A DNA stretch of 64,000 bases from IMG/VR virus record IMGVR_UViG_3300020433_000002, positions 1-64,000 of that record, one strand, 5' to 3'. How positions within the stretch are numbered: the first letter of the stretch is position 1; each line of letters starts with the position of its first letter. The notes beneath the pieces were generated by a model. It saw nothing but the letters and a program-made list of their open reading frames with translations. It searched no databases and was not told the DNA's origin. This document shows, one piece after another, positions 47,515 to 56,204 of this stretch. This stretch comes from a virus. The position numbers and the translations under genes were made by a program.

Positions 47515-47693
47515 CTCTAGCTCATGAGAGTCTAGAGAATTACTATCGGACTAATTTTGCCCTCATGCAACACCATAAATATAGCTTAACAGAGTTAGAA
47601 AACATGATTCCTTGGGAAAGAGAGATTTATGTTTCACTTCTCCAGCAATATATTGAAGAAGAAAATCTAAAAGCACAACAACGACGTGGCTAA
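47514..47693 (+). CDS. g51: gp51-like baseplate assembly domain, probably reached by -1 frameshift from g26
   Basis: -1 frame reads ALAHESLENYYRTNFALMQHHKYSLTELENMIPWEREIYVSLL...; first in-frame ATG only at 47565. Confidence 0.75.
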   Translation, partial: ALAHESLENYYRTNFALMQHHKYSLTELENMIPWEREIYVSLLQQYIEEENLKAQQRRG

Positions 47694-49254
47694 AGTAGCA
47701 AAAGCAAAACCTAAAATTAAAGCATCAAAAGTAACTGCTCTTGGTGGGAAAGGTGCTGCTCCAATCAAAAGAAGAGGAAGACCAAAGAAGTTACAGACAC
47801 TCGCAGAGGTAAAGGCTGCGATAGATGCAAAAAACCCAACGTTTGTGAGTCCTATTACAGGAGGTAAATTACCAGGCACAGGGCCTAAGATAGATCCAAG
47901 TAAACTTGTACCTGATACTGTTGATGATGAATTAAGACAGAAAGTTGAAAATAATTCCATAAAAATCACTAAACTTAAGAATATACTTAAATTAAGAAGA
48001 GAGAATGATCCTACTGATGAGATAGCAGAGGTATCTTTAATACTTCAAGATATTGGTAATGCATTGAGTCAAGATTTTGCAAATAGAATTACGCAAGAGA
48101 AAGATGCGATAGCAACTTTAAGAGGAACAGCAGACAGAAAGAAAAGAACGGGTGCAGAAGCAGGAATAGAAGCTGTTAAGAAGATCGGTGGTACAATAGG
48201 TAAGGCATTTGATACAGTAACTGCACCAGCAAAGAATATACTTGATAAAGTTATAAATTTCTTTGCGGCCATAGCGGGAGGATTTATTGCAGATAAAGCA
48301 ATAACATGGTTAGCCAATAATAATGAAGCAATTACAAGTTTCTTTAAATTCTTAGAGAATCATGGTCAGAAACTTCTAATTGGATTAGGAGCCATTGTTG
48401 GTGGTGTTCTTGTTATGAAAATTTTCAAGAAAGTTAAAGCACTTGTTAAGTTTGTTAATAGTGTCTTTAAAGGATTGAATAGGGCTAGACGACTGGCTAG
48501 AGTCTTCTTAAAACGAACGCTCCCAAAAATGCTTAAAAATGCTAAGACATTAATTAAGAATGGTGTGTCTGCAATTAAGAATTTTGCTAAGAATCTACCT
48601 GGTGCAAAAGGTTTATTTAAACTAGGAAAAAATATAATAAAAGGTGGAAAGAATTTAATAAAAGGTGGAAAGACTCTATTAAAGAGTGGTGGTAAATTAC
48701 TGAAGAGTGGTGGAAAAAGTTTACTTAAAAATTTAGGTAAGGCAGGAGGTAAGTCACTCCTTAAAAAGATCCCTATTGTTGGACTAGGTTTAGGTGCTGC
48801 ATTTGCTGTAGGTAGATTAATGTCTAAACCACCAGATTGGAAAGGTGCTTTAGGTGAAATGGCTTCTGGTGCTGCTTCTATGATTCCTGGTGTTGGAACT
48901 GGTCTTTCACTTGCTATTGATGCTGGTATGATGGTGAGAGATAATAAGTTGAGTAAGGATGAGAAGAATCTAAAAGATGCTATGGGTGATTATGAAAAAA
49001 CAGCAGAAGCAATCGCAGGTAAAGAACAACAACTTAACTTCAACAAAAATGTTAGTCCTACAGGAGATCTTACAGATCCTAATGCGGATGGTGTGACTAC
49101 AGTTCTAGACCCCATAACAATTTCTCAACAAGCACAACAAAAACAGGCTGACTTTTTGGGTGGTGAGTTTGATAGTGTACCTCTTATTGGTGCAGAGGAT
49201 ATGAGTAACTATTATATTCTTCAAACTAAAGAAAAACTAGGGATATACGTATAA
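47686..49254 (+). CDS. Tape-measure-like protein 1
   Basis: Helical, Lys/Gly/Ala-rich, hydrophobic segments, KKIPIVG motif; position after g26/g51. Confidence 0.6.
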   Translation: MAKVAKAKPKIKASKVTALGGKGAAPIKRRGRPKKLQTLAEVKAAIDAKNPTFVSPITGGKLPGTGPKIDPSKLVPDTVDDELRQKVENNSIKITKLKNILKLRRENDPTDEIAEVSLILQDIGNALSQDFANRITQEKDAIATLRGTADRKKRTGAEAGIEAVKKIGGTIGKAFDTVTAPAKNILDKVINFFAAIAGGFIADKAITWLANNNEAITSFFKFLENHGQKLLIGLGAIVGGVLVMKIFKKVKALVKFVNSVFKGLNRARRLARVFLKRTLPKMLKNAKTLIKNGVSAIKNFAKNLPGAKGLFKLGKNIIKGGKNLIKGGKTLLKSGGKLLKSGGKSLLKNLGKAGGKSLLKKIPIVGLGLGAAFAVGRLMSKPPDWKGALGEMASGAASMIPGVGTGLSLAIDAGMMVRDNKLSKDEKNLKDAMGDYEKTAEAIAGKEQQLNFNKNVSPTGDLTDPNADGVTTVLDPITISQQAQQKQADFLGGEFDSVPLIGAEDMSNYYILQTKEKLGIYV

Positions 49255-50292
49255 ATGAGCCAGAAACAAGAAGTAAAAAAACTGAAGATAACTGCTGTTA
49301 ATCTTAGGAGTGTACTAACAGATAAGACTAAAGAACTTGGAAAGTTAGGTGATAAGAAGAAAATTCTTGTCCGTAAGCAAAGATTACAGGCAGAGAGGGC
49401 CGCTGCTGAGAAAAAAATTGAACAAGCGGGAGGTAATAAAGGCCCTGTAGCAAGTGTACTTGGTAATGTTGGTGGAATGGTAATGAGTATCAAAGATAGA
49501 GTAATGAATTTCTTTGGATATCTTTTAATGGGATTTGTTGTTCAGAAATTACCACAGATTATTTCTTTCTTAACATCAGCATATGATAAAATAGCACCAT
49601 TCGTAAAGGTTGTATGGAAGGTTATAAGTTCGATTGCATCAGCACTGGTAAAATTTGGTGGTTGGGTTTCTCAACTGTGGAAACCTAGTGAGGCAGAATC
49701 TAACGTAGCTCAGTTAGAAACTGTAAAGAAAGATATGGAAGGTGAAGTTGATAAAATAGAAGAACCTAAAGAAGAAGAAGATGGTGGTGGTGAAGAGACT
49801 AAAGAAGGTGAAGAGGATGCTACTCCTATAGATTTCTCTCAAGTGGATAAGTTTGAGAAAGGTGGTGGTGAAGGTTTAGGTCAGACTGCGGATAAACAAG
49901 AAGGTGAAGATGAAGCATTGATAAATGCAACAGGTACTACCGATACAGAAGCACAAGGAGAAGGAGAACAGGTAGAAAATCCATTAGAAAACTTAATTGC
50001 AATAGATCCTGAGAAAATTGCGAAGACTGGAGCTGATGGTGAAAAGAAAGAGGATGTAACAAAAGAAGATGATAAGGTAGAGAAAGTTATAGATGCTAAT
50101 GTTAATAATATATTGAACAAAGTTCATAAAGTTACTGGTGACTTAAAGATGCAAAATGGTGGAAATAATCTCAATACCGTAATTATTCCTGTAGAAGTTC
50201 TTGCAACTACTGATGCTAATGGTGATACACCTAAAAATCGGACTGAGGTAAGACCAGAACCAGAAGTCTCTAATCATAGGGTGATAGATTAA
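49255..50292 (+). CDS. Tape-measure-like protein 2
   Basis: Coiled coil, hydrophobic segment and acidic low-complexity region; tandem with the previous gene. Confidence 0.5.
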   Translation: MSQKQEVKKLKITAVNLRSVLTDKTKELGKLGDKKKILVRKQRLQAERAAAEKKIEQAGGNKGPVASVLGNVGGMVMSIKDRVMNFFGYLLMGFVVQKLPQIISFLTSAYDKIAPFVKVVWKVISSIASALVKFGGWVSQLWKPSEAESNVAQLETVKKDMEGEVDKIEEPKEEEDGGGEETKEGEEDATPIDFSQVDKFEKGGGEGLGQTADKQEGEDEALINATGTTDTEAQGEGEQVENPLENLIAIDPEKIAKTGADGEKKEDVTKEDDKVEKVIDANVNNILNKVHKVTGDLKMQNGGNNLNTVIIPVEVLATTDANGDTPKNRTEVRPEPEVSNHRVID

Positions 50293-51719
50293 TGGCAGTA
50301 CAATCCTCAAAATACGAAGTATTTAAAATTAAATCTTCCAATGGTGAAAGAGAAGTAGATCTTATAGATGGCCCTTATGCGGGTGGAACTAGAATTGTTA
50401 ACATATATTATTATGAAAATGTATTATCACCACATATAACTGGAGTCATCACTCTTGTTAGTACTGGAGATGCAGTTTCTAAAGAAGGAGATGAATCAAC
50501 AACAGGTTCTTTATATGAATATCTTCCACTTGAAGCTGGTTGCGAAATTTTTATGAGAATTAAAACTGAAATTGGTGAGGGTATAGATTTTGCTGTTAAG
50601 GATGATCCTCATAGGATATTATATGTTAATGAGGTTCAAATATTAAGTAAACAGGCAAATAGTGAAACTATTCAAATAAGATTCTGTTCTAGAATTGGAG
50701 TATTAAATGCTGTTAAAAAGGTTACAGCATGTTATAAAGGTAATATATCAGAATCTGTTGCATCAATATGCAAAGATGTTTTAACATTACCTCCAGATAG
50801 GATATTAGTTTCAGAATCTAGCAACACTTATACCTTTGCTGGAATGACTAAAAGACCATTTGATTTAATTGCTATGCTTGCAAAACAAACAATACCAATG
50901 AATACTGCTAATCCTGGTTATTTTGCGTATGAAACAAAAAGTGGATTTAAGTATGTATCAGTAGATAGTTTAATTAATACAGAACCAGATGATCAAACTC
51001 ATCATTATTTTTATAACTCACAAAATAAAGATGTTCATCAGAAAGATGATGATAGTAATAATTTTAAAGTATCTGCATTAGTTGTAGGTAGAGATCAAAA
51101 TCTTACCAGTCAAATTAGATCTGGTATCTATGCAAGTAAAAATATATTCTTTAATCCAGCGACCTATCAGTTTACTGAAATTGATATTAATGTTGTTGAT
51201 GGTAAATTAATAGATGATGAGAAATTTAGTTCTTTAGGTAATAAACCAACAGTCGCTAAAATTCTTGATGAAGAATTTGAAGGAGGAACAAGATTTCATA
51301 GAGTATCAACTGCTGTAATGAATATTGGTGGAGCAGATACCAGTGTAGATGCTAATAATAGTCCTGAGTTATATTATGCTGCTGGTGCTGCAAGATACAA
51401 TATATTATTCTCTCAAAACTATTCTATTGTTGTTCCGTGTAATACTGACTTAGAGGCAGGAGATACAGTTAAACTTGAAGTTGAGGTTATAAGTAGTAAT
51501 AAGGATCAAGGCCCTGATCAAAAGACAAGTGGTAATTATATAATACAATCACTATGTCATTTCTTTGAGGCTGAAAAATCTGTTACTTCTATGAAATTAA
51601 TAAGAGACTCTTATGGAATGCATTTCTCTAAAGGTGAAACACCTAAACCTGCAATGAAAAAAGTAGCTATTAAAAATAAGAGGGGTAGAACTACTGGTTA
51701 CAAATATGTGGAGGTTTAA
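50292..51719 (+). CDS. Baseplate hub protein (gp27-like)
   Basis: YYENVLSP, GYFAYETKSGF.Y.S.DSL, VPCNTDLEAGD, SGNYII..LCH.F, LIRDSYG. Confidence 0.65.
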   Translation: MAVQSSKYEVFKIKSSNGEREVDLIDGPYAGGTRIVNIYYYENVLSPHITGVITLVSTGDAVSKEGDESTTGSLYEYLPLEAGCEIFMRIKTEIGEGIDFAVKDDPHRILYVNEVQILSKQANSETIQIRFCSRIGVLNAVKKVTACYKGNISESVASICKDVLTLPPDRILVSESSNTYTFAGMTKRPFDLIAMLAKQTIPMNTANPGYFAYETKSGFKYVSVDSLINTEPDDQTHHYFYNSQNKDVHQKDDDSNNFKVSALVVGRDQNLTSQIRSGIYASKNIFFNPATYQFTEIDINVVDGKLIDDEKFSSLGNKPTVAKILDEEFEGGTRFHRVSTAVMNIGGADTSVDANNSPELYYAAGAARYNILFSQNYSIVVPCNTDLEAGDTVKLEVEVISSNKDQGPDQKTSGNYIIQSLCHFFEAEKSVTSMKLIRDSYGMHFSKGETPKPAMKKVAIKNKRGRTTGYKYVEV

Positions 51720-51721
51720 TC

Positions 51722-52369
51722 ATGCCTGATCAGGATACCTATGGATCTGGTACTAATGAATTTCTTGGTATCATTCTTCCATTAGAATCACAAAAAGAAC
51801 AACAAAATGGCGACGAAGGTGTCGGTTACAGATATAGAGTTGCTGTAATGGGAAGTCATCCTAGTGATGAAACTGTAAAAGATACTGATATCATTTACGC
51901 AATGGTAGCTCTTGGAGTATCTGATGGAACGGGTGCAGGAGGTAAGAAAAAAACACCTGCAATATCACAAGGTGATGTTGTTATGGGTAAATTCATGGAT
52001 GGTGATAGGAAACAAAATCCTGTTATCACAAATGTTTTAGGTAGAACCAAAGGTGTTAAATATGGAACGGGAAGGTTTGATATTAAAACGGGATATGTTG
52101 GTAATAATACAGATGGTAACTTACTTGATCAATCTGAATTTAGTGAGACTGTACCAATATGTACACCTTCTGCTAGAGTGGATAACAGTACAGATAAGAG
52201 AGAAACTAAAGATGAAGATTTGGCCAAATCTGGATTAGGTGGAGGTAATGAAGTTGGTGCATTAAAACCACCAGAAGATCCAAAACCACAGAGAAGAGAT
52301 TTTGGAGGTGGTCGTGGTGGAGCGGCTTCGTATAATAGAGCTTTACGAAACTGGAAAGCACGTCAGTAA
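51722..52369 (+). CDS. gp5 N-terminal OB-fold portion
   Basis: GYRYRVAVMGSH...GDVVMGKFMDGDRKQNPVI. Confidence 0.7.
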   Translation: MPDQDTYGSGTNEFLGIILPLESQKEQQNGDEGVGYRYRVAVMGSHPSDETVKDTDIIYAMVALGVSDGTGAGGKKKTPAISQGDVVMGKFMDGDRKQNPVITNVLGRTKGVKYGTGRFDIKTGYVGNNTDGNLLDQSEFSETVPICTPSARVDNSTDKRETKDEDLAKSGLGGGNEVGALKPPEDPKPQRRDFGGGRGGAASYNRALRNWKARQ

Positions 52370-52387
52370 CAGTAGATAAATAAAGTC

Positions 52388-54112
52388 ATGAGCAAAACAC
52401 CAGCACCAGCAAAATTAGATGATTTAAGTATTCAAACCGTAAAGGATTTGATAGAGGCTAATCCTGCTGATCCAAAATTACAAAATATAATAAGTCAGTA
52501 TAAAAATAATTATCCTTCAACTTTTGAAGGTGTAATTCCCAAACCTTTAGGTTCACTTACTAAAGAAGCACAGGAAAAAAGGCAAGCTTTTATTAGAGCA
52601 TTACAAGAGTGTACTAAATCTGATAGTAATGTTGTTGGAGTTACTGTTACACAAGCAGATCCTTGTAAGGATACTGCTATGAGTGAAGTTAGTAATTCTT
52701 TAAATAATTTCTTCAATAAGGTTCAGGCAAGTGGAAATCAAGTATTAAATATGCCTCAAGAAATTAGAAATGTATCAGATTTAGTTGCCCGTAGTATGAC
52801 TAGTGTAACTAATAAAATGACGGGTGAATTAAATAATAAGATGGAATCGGAGTTTAAGGCAGGGTTGGGTAAAGTTCATGATTCAGTTATGGCCTTAGTA
52901 CCAACTACTTTACCTAAACCTGCAGCAGTCGCAATAATTAAAGGAATACAAGGAGGGATGTTAAGTCCTATGCAAAGTGCATTTGATGGTGCAACTTGTG
53001 GTATGCAGAGTATTACAGATGCTATGCAAGGTGTTGTTAGTGATTTGGTAACAGCAGCAGCAAAAAATATAACTAATGCACCAGCATGTGCAGTTCAGGA
53101 ATTGATGAGTGCGGTCACTAGTAAAACTACTGATATGATGGATTCAGTTGCTGGCCCAATAATGGCACCTATTGAAAAGACATTAGGTTTTGCATTTAAT
53201 ACCAAACAATTCCTAACAAGTGGTGTTGATATGTTATCAAAGGCTGAGGGTTTATTATCTTGTGGTGAAAAAATGGATTGTCCTCCTAGCACCAATTATG
53301 TAACAGGTAAAGGTGATAGACCAAGCCCTTCAGATTCTACTCAGAATGAAGACTTTAGAAAAATGTTCTCAGGAACAGCAGTCACAGCAGCAGCAAGTGA
53401 TAAATTAACAGCATTTGAAAAAGAGTATGGATCTTGGGATATTTTTGGAGGTAAGTCACCAGCATCCGATATTGGCCCATGTGGAGATCCAGCTGAGCAG
53501 ATCTGTGGAGGCCCAACTGTTAGCATCTTTGGTGGTGGAGGACAAGGTGGAGCAGGTAGAGTTATACTTGGAAAATTCATTAATAGGTTAGATACTAATG
53601 ATATGTTTGCTTCAGTACAAAGAACTGCAAGTATTATTGGAGTAGAAGTTACAAATCCTGGTGCAAGATATATCAGTGAACCTATAGTAACTTTTGATGA
53701 TCAATGTCAGAAAGGAGAAGGTGCTTATGGTAAAGCAACTATTGATTATAATCCAAAATCTCCAACTTATGGTCAGATTACTAGTATCACTATGACTACT
53801 ATTGGTAGTAAATATCCTGCCGAAACTGAAGATGATGCTTTTGTGACTGGAGTTCTAATTGACGCACCTGGCTCAGGTTATGAGGATGCTACTTTAGATA
53901 ATTTTGAAGTAGTAATTACAGATGGTAAAGTTACTGGTGTTAATGTTGTGAATCAAATTGCATATCGTGATTTTCCAGATATGAAAATTAAAAGTGAAAC
54001 AGGATCTGGTGCTAGACTAAGACCTATAATGTCTAATACTCGACCTCAAGGAAAAGTTCTTGAGATTATTGATTGTGTTGGTAAATCATACACTAGTGGG
54101 GAGGTTAATTAA
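52388..54112 (+). CDS. gp5-associated baseplate hub protein, middle portion
   Basis: Helical Cys-containing region followed by GGGGQG / PGSGY beta repeats; own late promoter. Confidence 0.6.
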   Translation: MSKTPAPAKLDDLSIQTVKDLIEANPADPKLQNIISQYKNNYPSTFEGVIPKPLGSLTKEAQEKRQAFIRALQECTKSDSNVVGVTVTQADPCKDTAMSEVSNSLNNFFNKVQASGNQVLNMPQEIRNVSDLVARSMTSVTNKMTGELNNKMESEFKAGLGKVHDSVMALVPTTLPKPAAVAIIKGIQGGMLSPMQSAFDGATCGMQSITDAMQGVVSDLVTAAAKNITNAPACAVQELMSAVTSKTTDMMDSVAGPIMAPIEKTLGFAFNTKQFLTSGVDMLSKAEGLLSCGEKMDCPPSTNYVTGKGDRPSPSDSTQNEDFRKMFSGTAVTAAASDKLTAFEKEYGSWDIFGGKSPASDIGPCGDPAEQICGGPTVSIFGGGGQGGAGRVILGKFINRLDTNDMFASVQRTASIIGVEVTNPGARYISEPIVTFDDQCQKGEGAYGKATIDYNPKSPTYGQITSITMTTIGSKYPAETEDDAFVTGVLIDAPGSGYEDATLDNFEVVITDGKVTGVNVVNQIAYRDFPDMKIKSETGSGARLRPIMSNTRPQGKVLEIIDCVGKSYTSGEVN

Positions 54113-54114
54113 TT

Positions 54115-54678
54115 ATGTCTAATCAATCAGGATATCATGCAACAGTTCAGGACATGTGGAGTCCTTTATGTTACCTAGAAACACGTAACCCTAATGAAAG
54201 TAAATGTGGTGCAGAATCTGCAGCATTAAAATTTACTAATGAAGCAGGGTGTAGATTTGTGATAGCACATCATGAAGGCCCTATAACCAGATTAGAAACA
54301 GAGCAAACATTTCAAATAGATGCTAATAGTAGTGGTGCTAATGATACTACTGGTATTCAGATGACTGCTCACAATGGAAATGTTAGTATTACTTCATCAA
54401 AGAACTCTATAGGAATAAAGGCTGCACATACAATTACACTAGAGGCAGACAGTATTATCATTAAAGCTAAGAGAAAATTAGCATTAGGTGGTACAGAATC
54501 AAATTATTGTAGACATATCCAAATTGAAGGAATGAAAATTGATGTTCCTAGTCGTTTTAATGGATCTTTGGGTAGGATATTGAAGAAATCATGGAAAATG
54601 AATGTTGCTATGGCTCCAAAAGTATTAGTTGGTGCTATAGCAGAAAAAGTATTTAATAGTTCACCAAACGGAATATAA
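54115..54678 (+). CDS. gp5 C-terminal beta-helix-like spike protein
   Basis: I.MTA.NGNVSITS..NSIGIKA..TITLEA repeats. Confidence 0.55.
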   Translation: MSNQSGYHATVQDMWSPLCYLETRNPNESKCGAESAALKFTNEAGCRFVIAHHEGPITRLETEQTFQIDANSSGANDTTGIQMTAHNGNVSITSSKNSIGIKAAHTITLEADSIIIKAKRKLALGGTESNYCRHIQIEGMKIDVPSRFNGSLGRILKKSWKMNVAMAPKVLVGAIAEKVFNSSPNGI

Positions 54679-54682
54679 GAAG

Positions 54683-55450
54683 ATGGCTGAAGAACCAAAC
54701 ACTAATTTTTTTGCTGATGAGATTTTTGTTGATAAAATTACTGCTACTGAATCAATAGAAGCAAACAAAGTTGTAATCTCAGGTGAATTAGATGCAGGTA
54801 CTATTACGGGAGATGGTTCTAAATTAACGGGTGTAACTAATGGATTCACCTTCCCCGACGTAGATGGGAACTCTGGTGATGTTCTACAGACAAATGGGAA
54901 TAAGGCACTCTCATTCGCAACTGCAGCTTCATGGACAGTTCATAAAACATATACTGGTAATAATTCTCATTTTGAGGCAACAGATTTAAACAATCCACAA
55001 GTAGTTAAACTTGTTTTTAATGAGATTAGGTACTCACTAGGTGGTAGAAATCATATGTATATTGGTTTTGGGCCTAGTTATCAGACTTCAGGATATTATG
55101 ATATAGGTTATAATGTTGAGGCTGGCGGTTCAGTAACTCGTTTCAAACGAATTGATCAATTTAATTGGTATCCTATGGATTATAATTTCATCAATACTAA
55201 TGCTTTGTATAGTGGTGAGATAGTCATAAGCAGAGTATCAACTGGTAATGATGTACAACCATATTATTACACCTATCGTTCTTGCATGGAGGCTGGTACT
55301 GGTTGGTCTGGATGGAGTGGTGCTGATCTTTATGAAATATCTGCTAGAGGTCATAATAATGATTTTACATATCCGTTGAACAAAGTAAAACTAGAGAATG
55401 GAAATGGTGGTGAATATACTGGCAATCTTACAATTTTATCACAACGATAG
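54683..55450 (+). CDS. Short fibre/spike-associated protein
   Basis: GDGSKLTG, FTFP..DG..GDVLQTNG..LSF fibre motifs, then a globular domain. Confidence 0.65.
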   Translation: MAEEPNTNFFADEIFVDKITATESIEANKVVISGELDAGTITGDGSKLTGVTNGFTFPDVDGNSGDVLQTNGNKALSFATAASWTVHKTYTGNNSHFEATDLNNPQVVKLVFNEIRYSLGGRNHMYIGFGPSYQTSGYYDIGYNVEAGGSVTRFKRIDQFNWYPMDYNFINTNALYSGEIVISRVSTGNDVQPYYYTYRSCMEAGTGWSGWSGADLYEISARGHNNDFTYPLNKVKLENGNGGEYTGNLTILSQR

Positions 55451-55476
55451 ACAAACCAGCATATATATGGTATAAT
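55448..55476 (+). promoter_or_regulatory. sigma70-like promoter
   Basis: TAGACA-17 nt-TATAAT with extended TG. Confidence 0.7.
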
Positions 55477-55496
55477 ATTCTATATGTTCTGAGTTT

Positions 55497-55700
55497 ATGA
55501 TGGAAGGTCAATTAGTAAAGGAGACTATTATAGATCTTTGTAATAGATCCTTTCTTATAATTTCCGACAATGGTTATGAAAAAAAGATTAGGTGTGAAAC
55601 ACCCGATCAGTTTTTAGATGTGATGGAAGTAGTGAATGATTTATTAGAACCTGAGAGAATAAAGTACGCGAGTCTTGCCATTTATGAAAAAGACAAATGA
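55497..55700 (+). CDS. Hypothetical protein
   Basis: ORF track; downstream of the promoter. Confidence 0.7.
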   Translation: MMEGQLVKETIIDLCNRSFLIISDNGYEKKIRCETPDQFLDVMEVVNDLLEPERIKYASLAIYEKDK

Positions 55701-55830
55701 ACCAAAGATTAAACTTAATTTTGAAAGTTGCTACAACTATAACAAATTAAAGGATGAAGGTTTAATTGACGAACAACACGATATTGATGAAATAGTTCGC
55801 ATACATACTACACATGATGACGGGCCATGA
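55684..55830 (+). CDS. Small hypothetical protein (48 aa)
   Basis: MKKTNEPKIKLNFESCYNY...DDGP*; fills the gap. Confidence 0.5.
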   Translation: MKKTNEPKIKLNFESCYNYNKLKDEGLIDEQHDIDEIVRIHTTHDDGP

Positions 55831-55833
55831 ATA

Positions 55834-56154
55834 ATGGTAAATACATTTGTGATAGAAACCACTTACTGTTGGTACAGTGAGGAACTTGAAGGTACGATTG
55901 AAAGAATCGTTTTGATGTATTTCATTAACGGTATTCCTTTTACCTATGATGAACTGGAAGATTTGGATCGAACAGAAGAAGATCTTCCAATGATTACAAC
56001 TATTGCTGATTATGAAAGACGATATACAACTGATGAATTGTACAAATATTATGCATATTTAATGTATGAGGAAATGCATCCAATGGTATTTCCGATAGAA
56101 TTAGAAAACCCAGAAGATCTTCCTCCCGATTTCGTGGAAGAAGAGGAGTTCTAG
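55834..56154 (+). CDS. Acidic hypothetical protein
   Basis: YCWY...IVLMYFINGIPFT.DE...YLM.EE.HP. Confidence 0.7.
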   Translation: MVNTFVIETTYCWYSEELEGTIERIVLMYFINGIPFTYDELEDLDRTEEDLPMITTIADYERRYTTDELYKYYAYLMYEEMHPMVFPIELENPEDLPPDFVEEEEF

Positions 56155-56204
56155 GGTGACTAAATAACTTATAGTAATAATTTTAGTAGTCATAAGGAAA
56201 ACTC

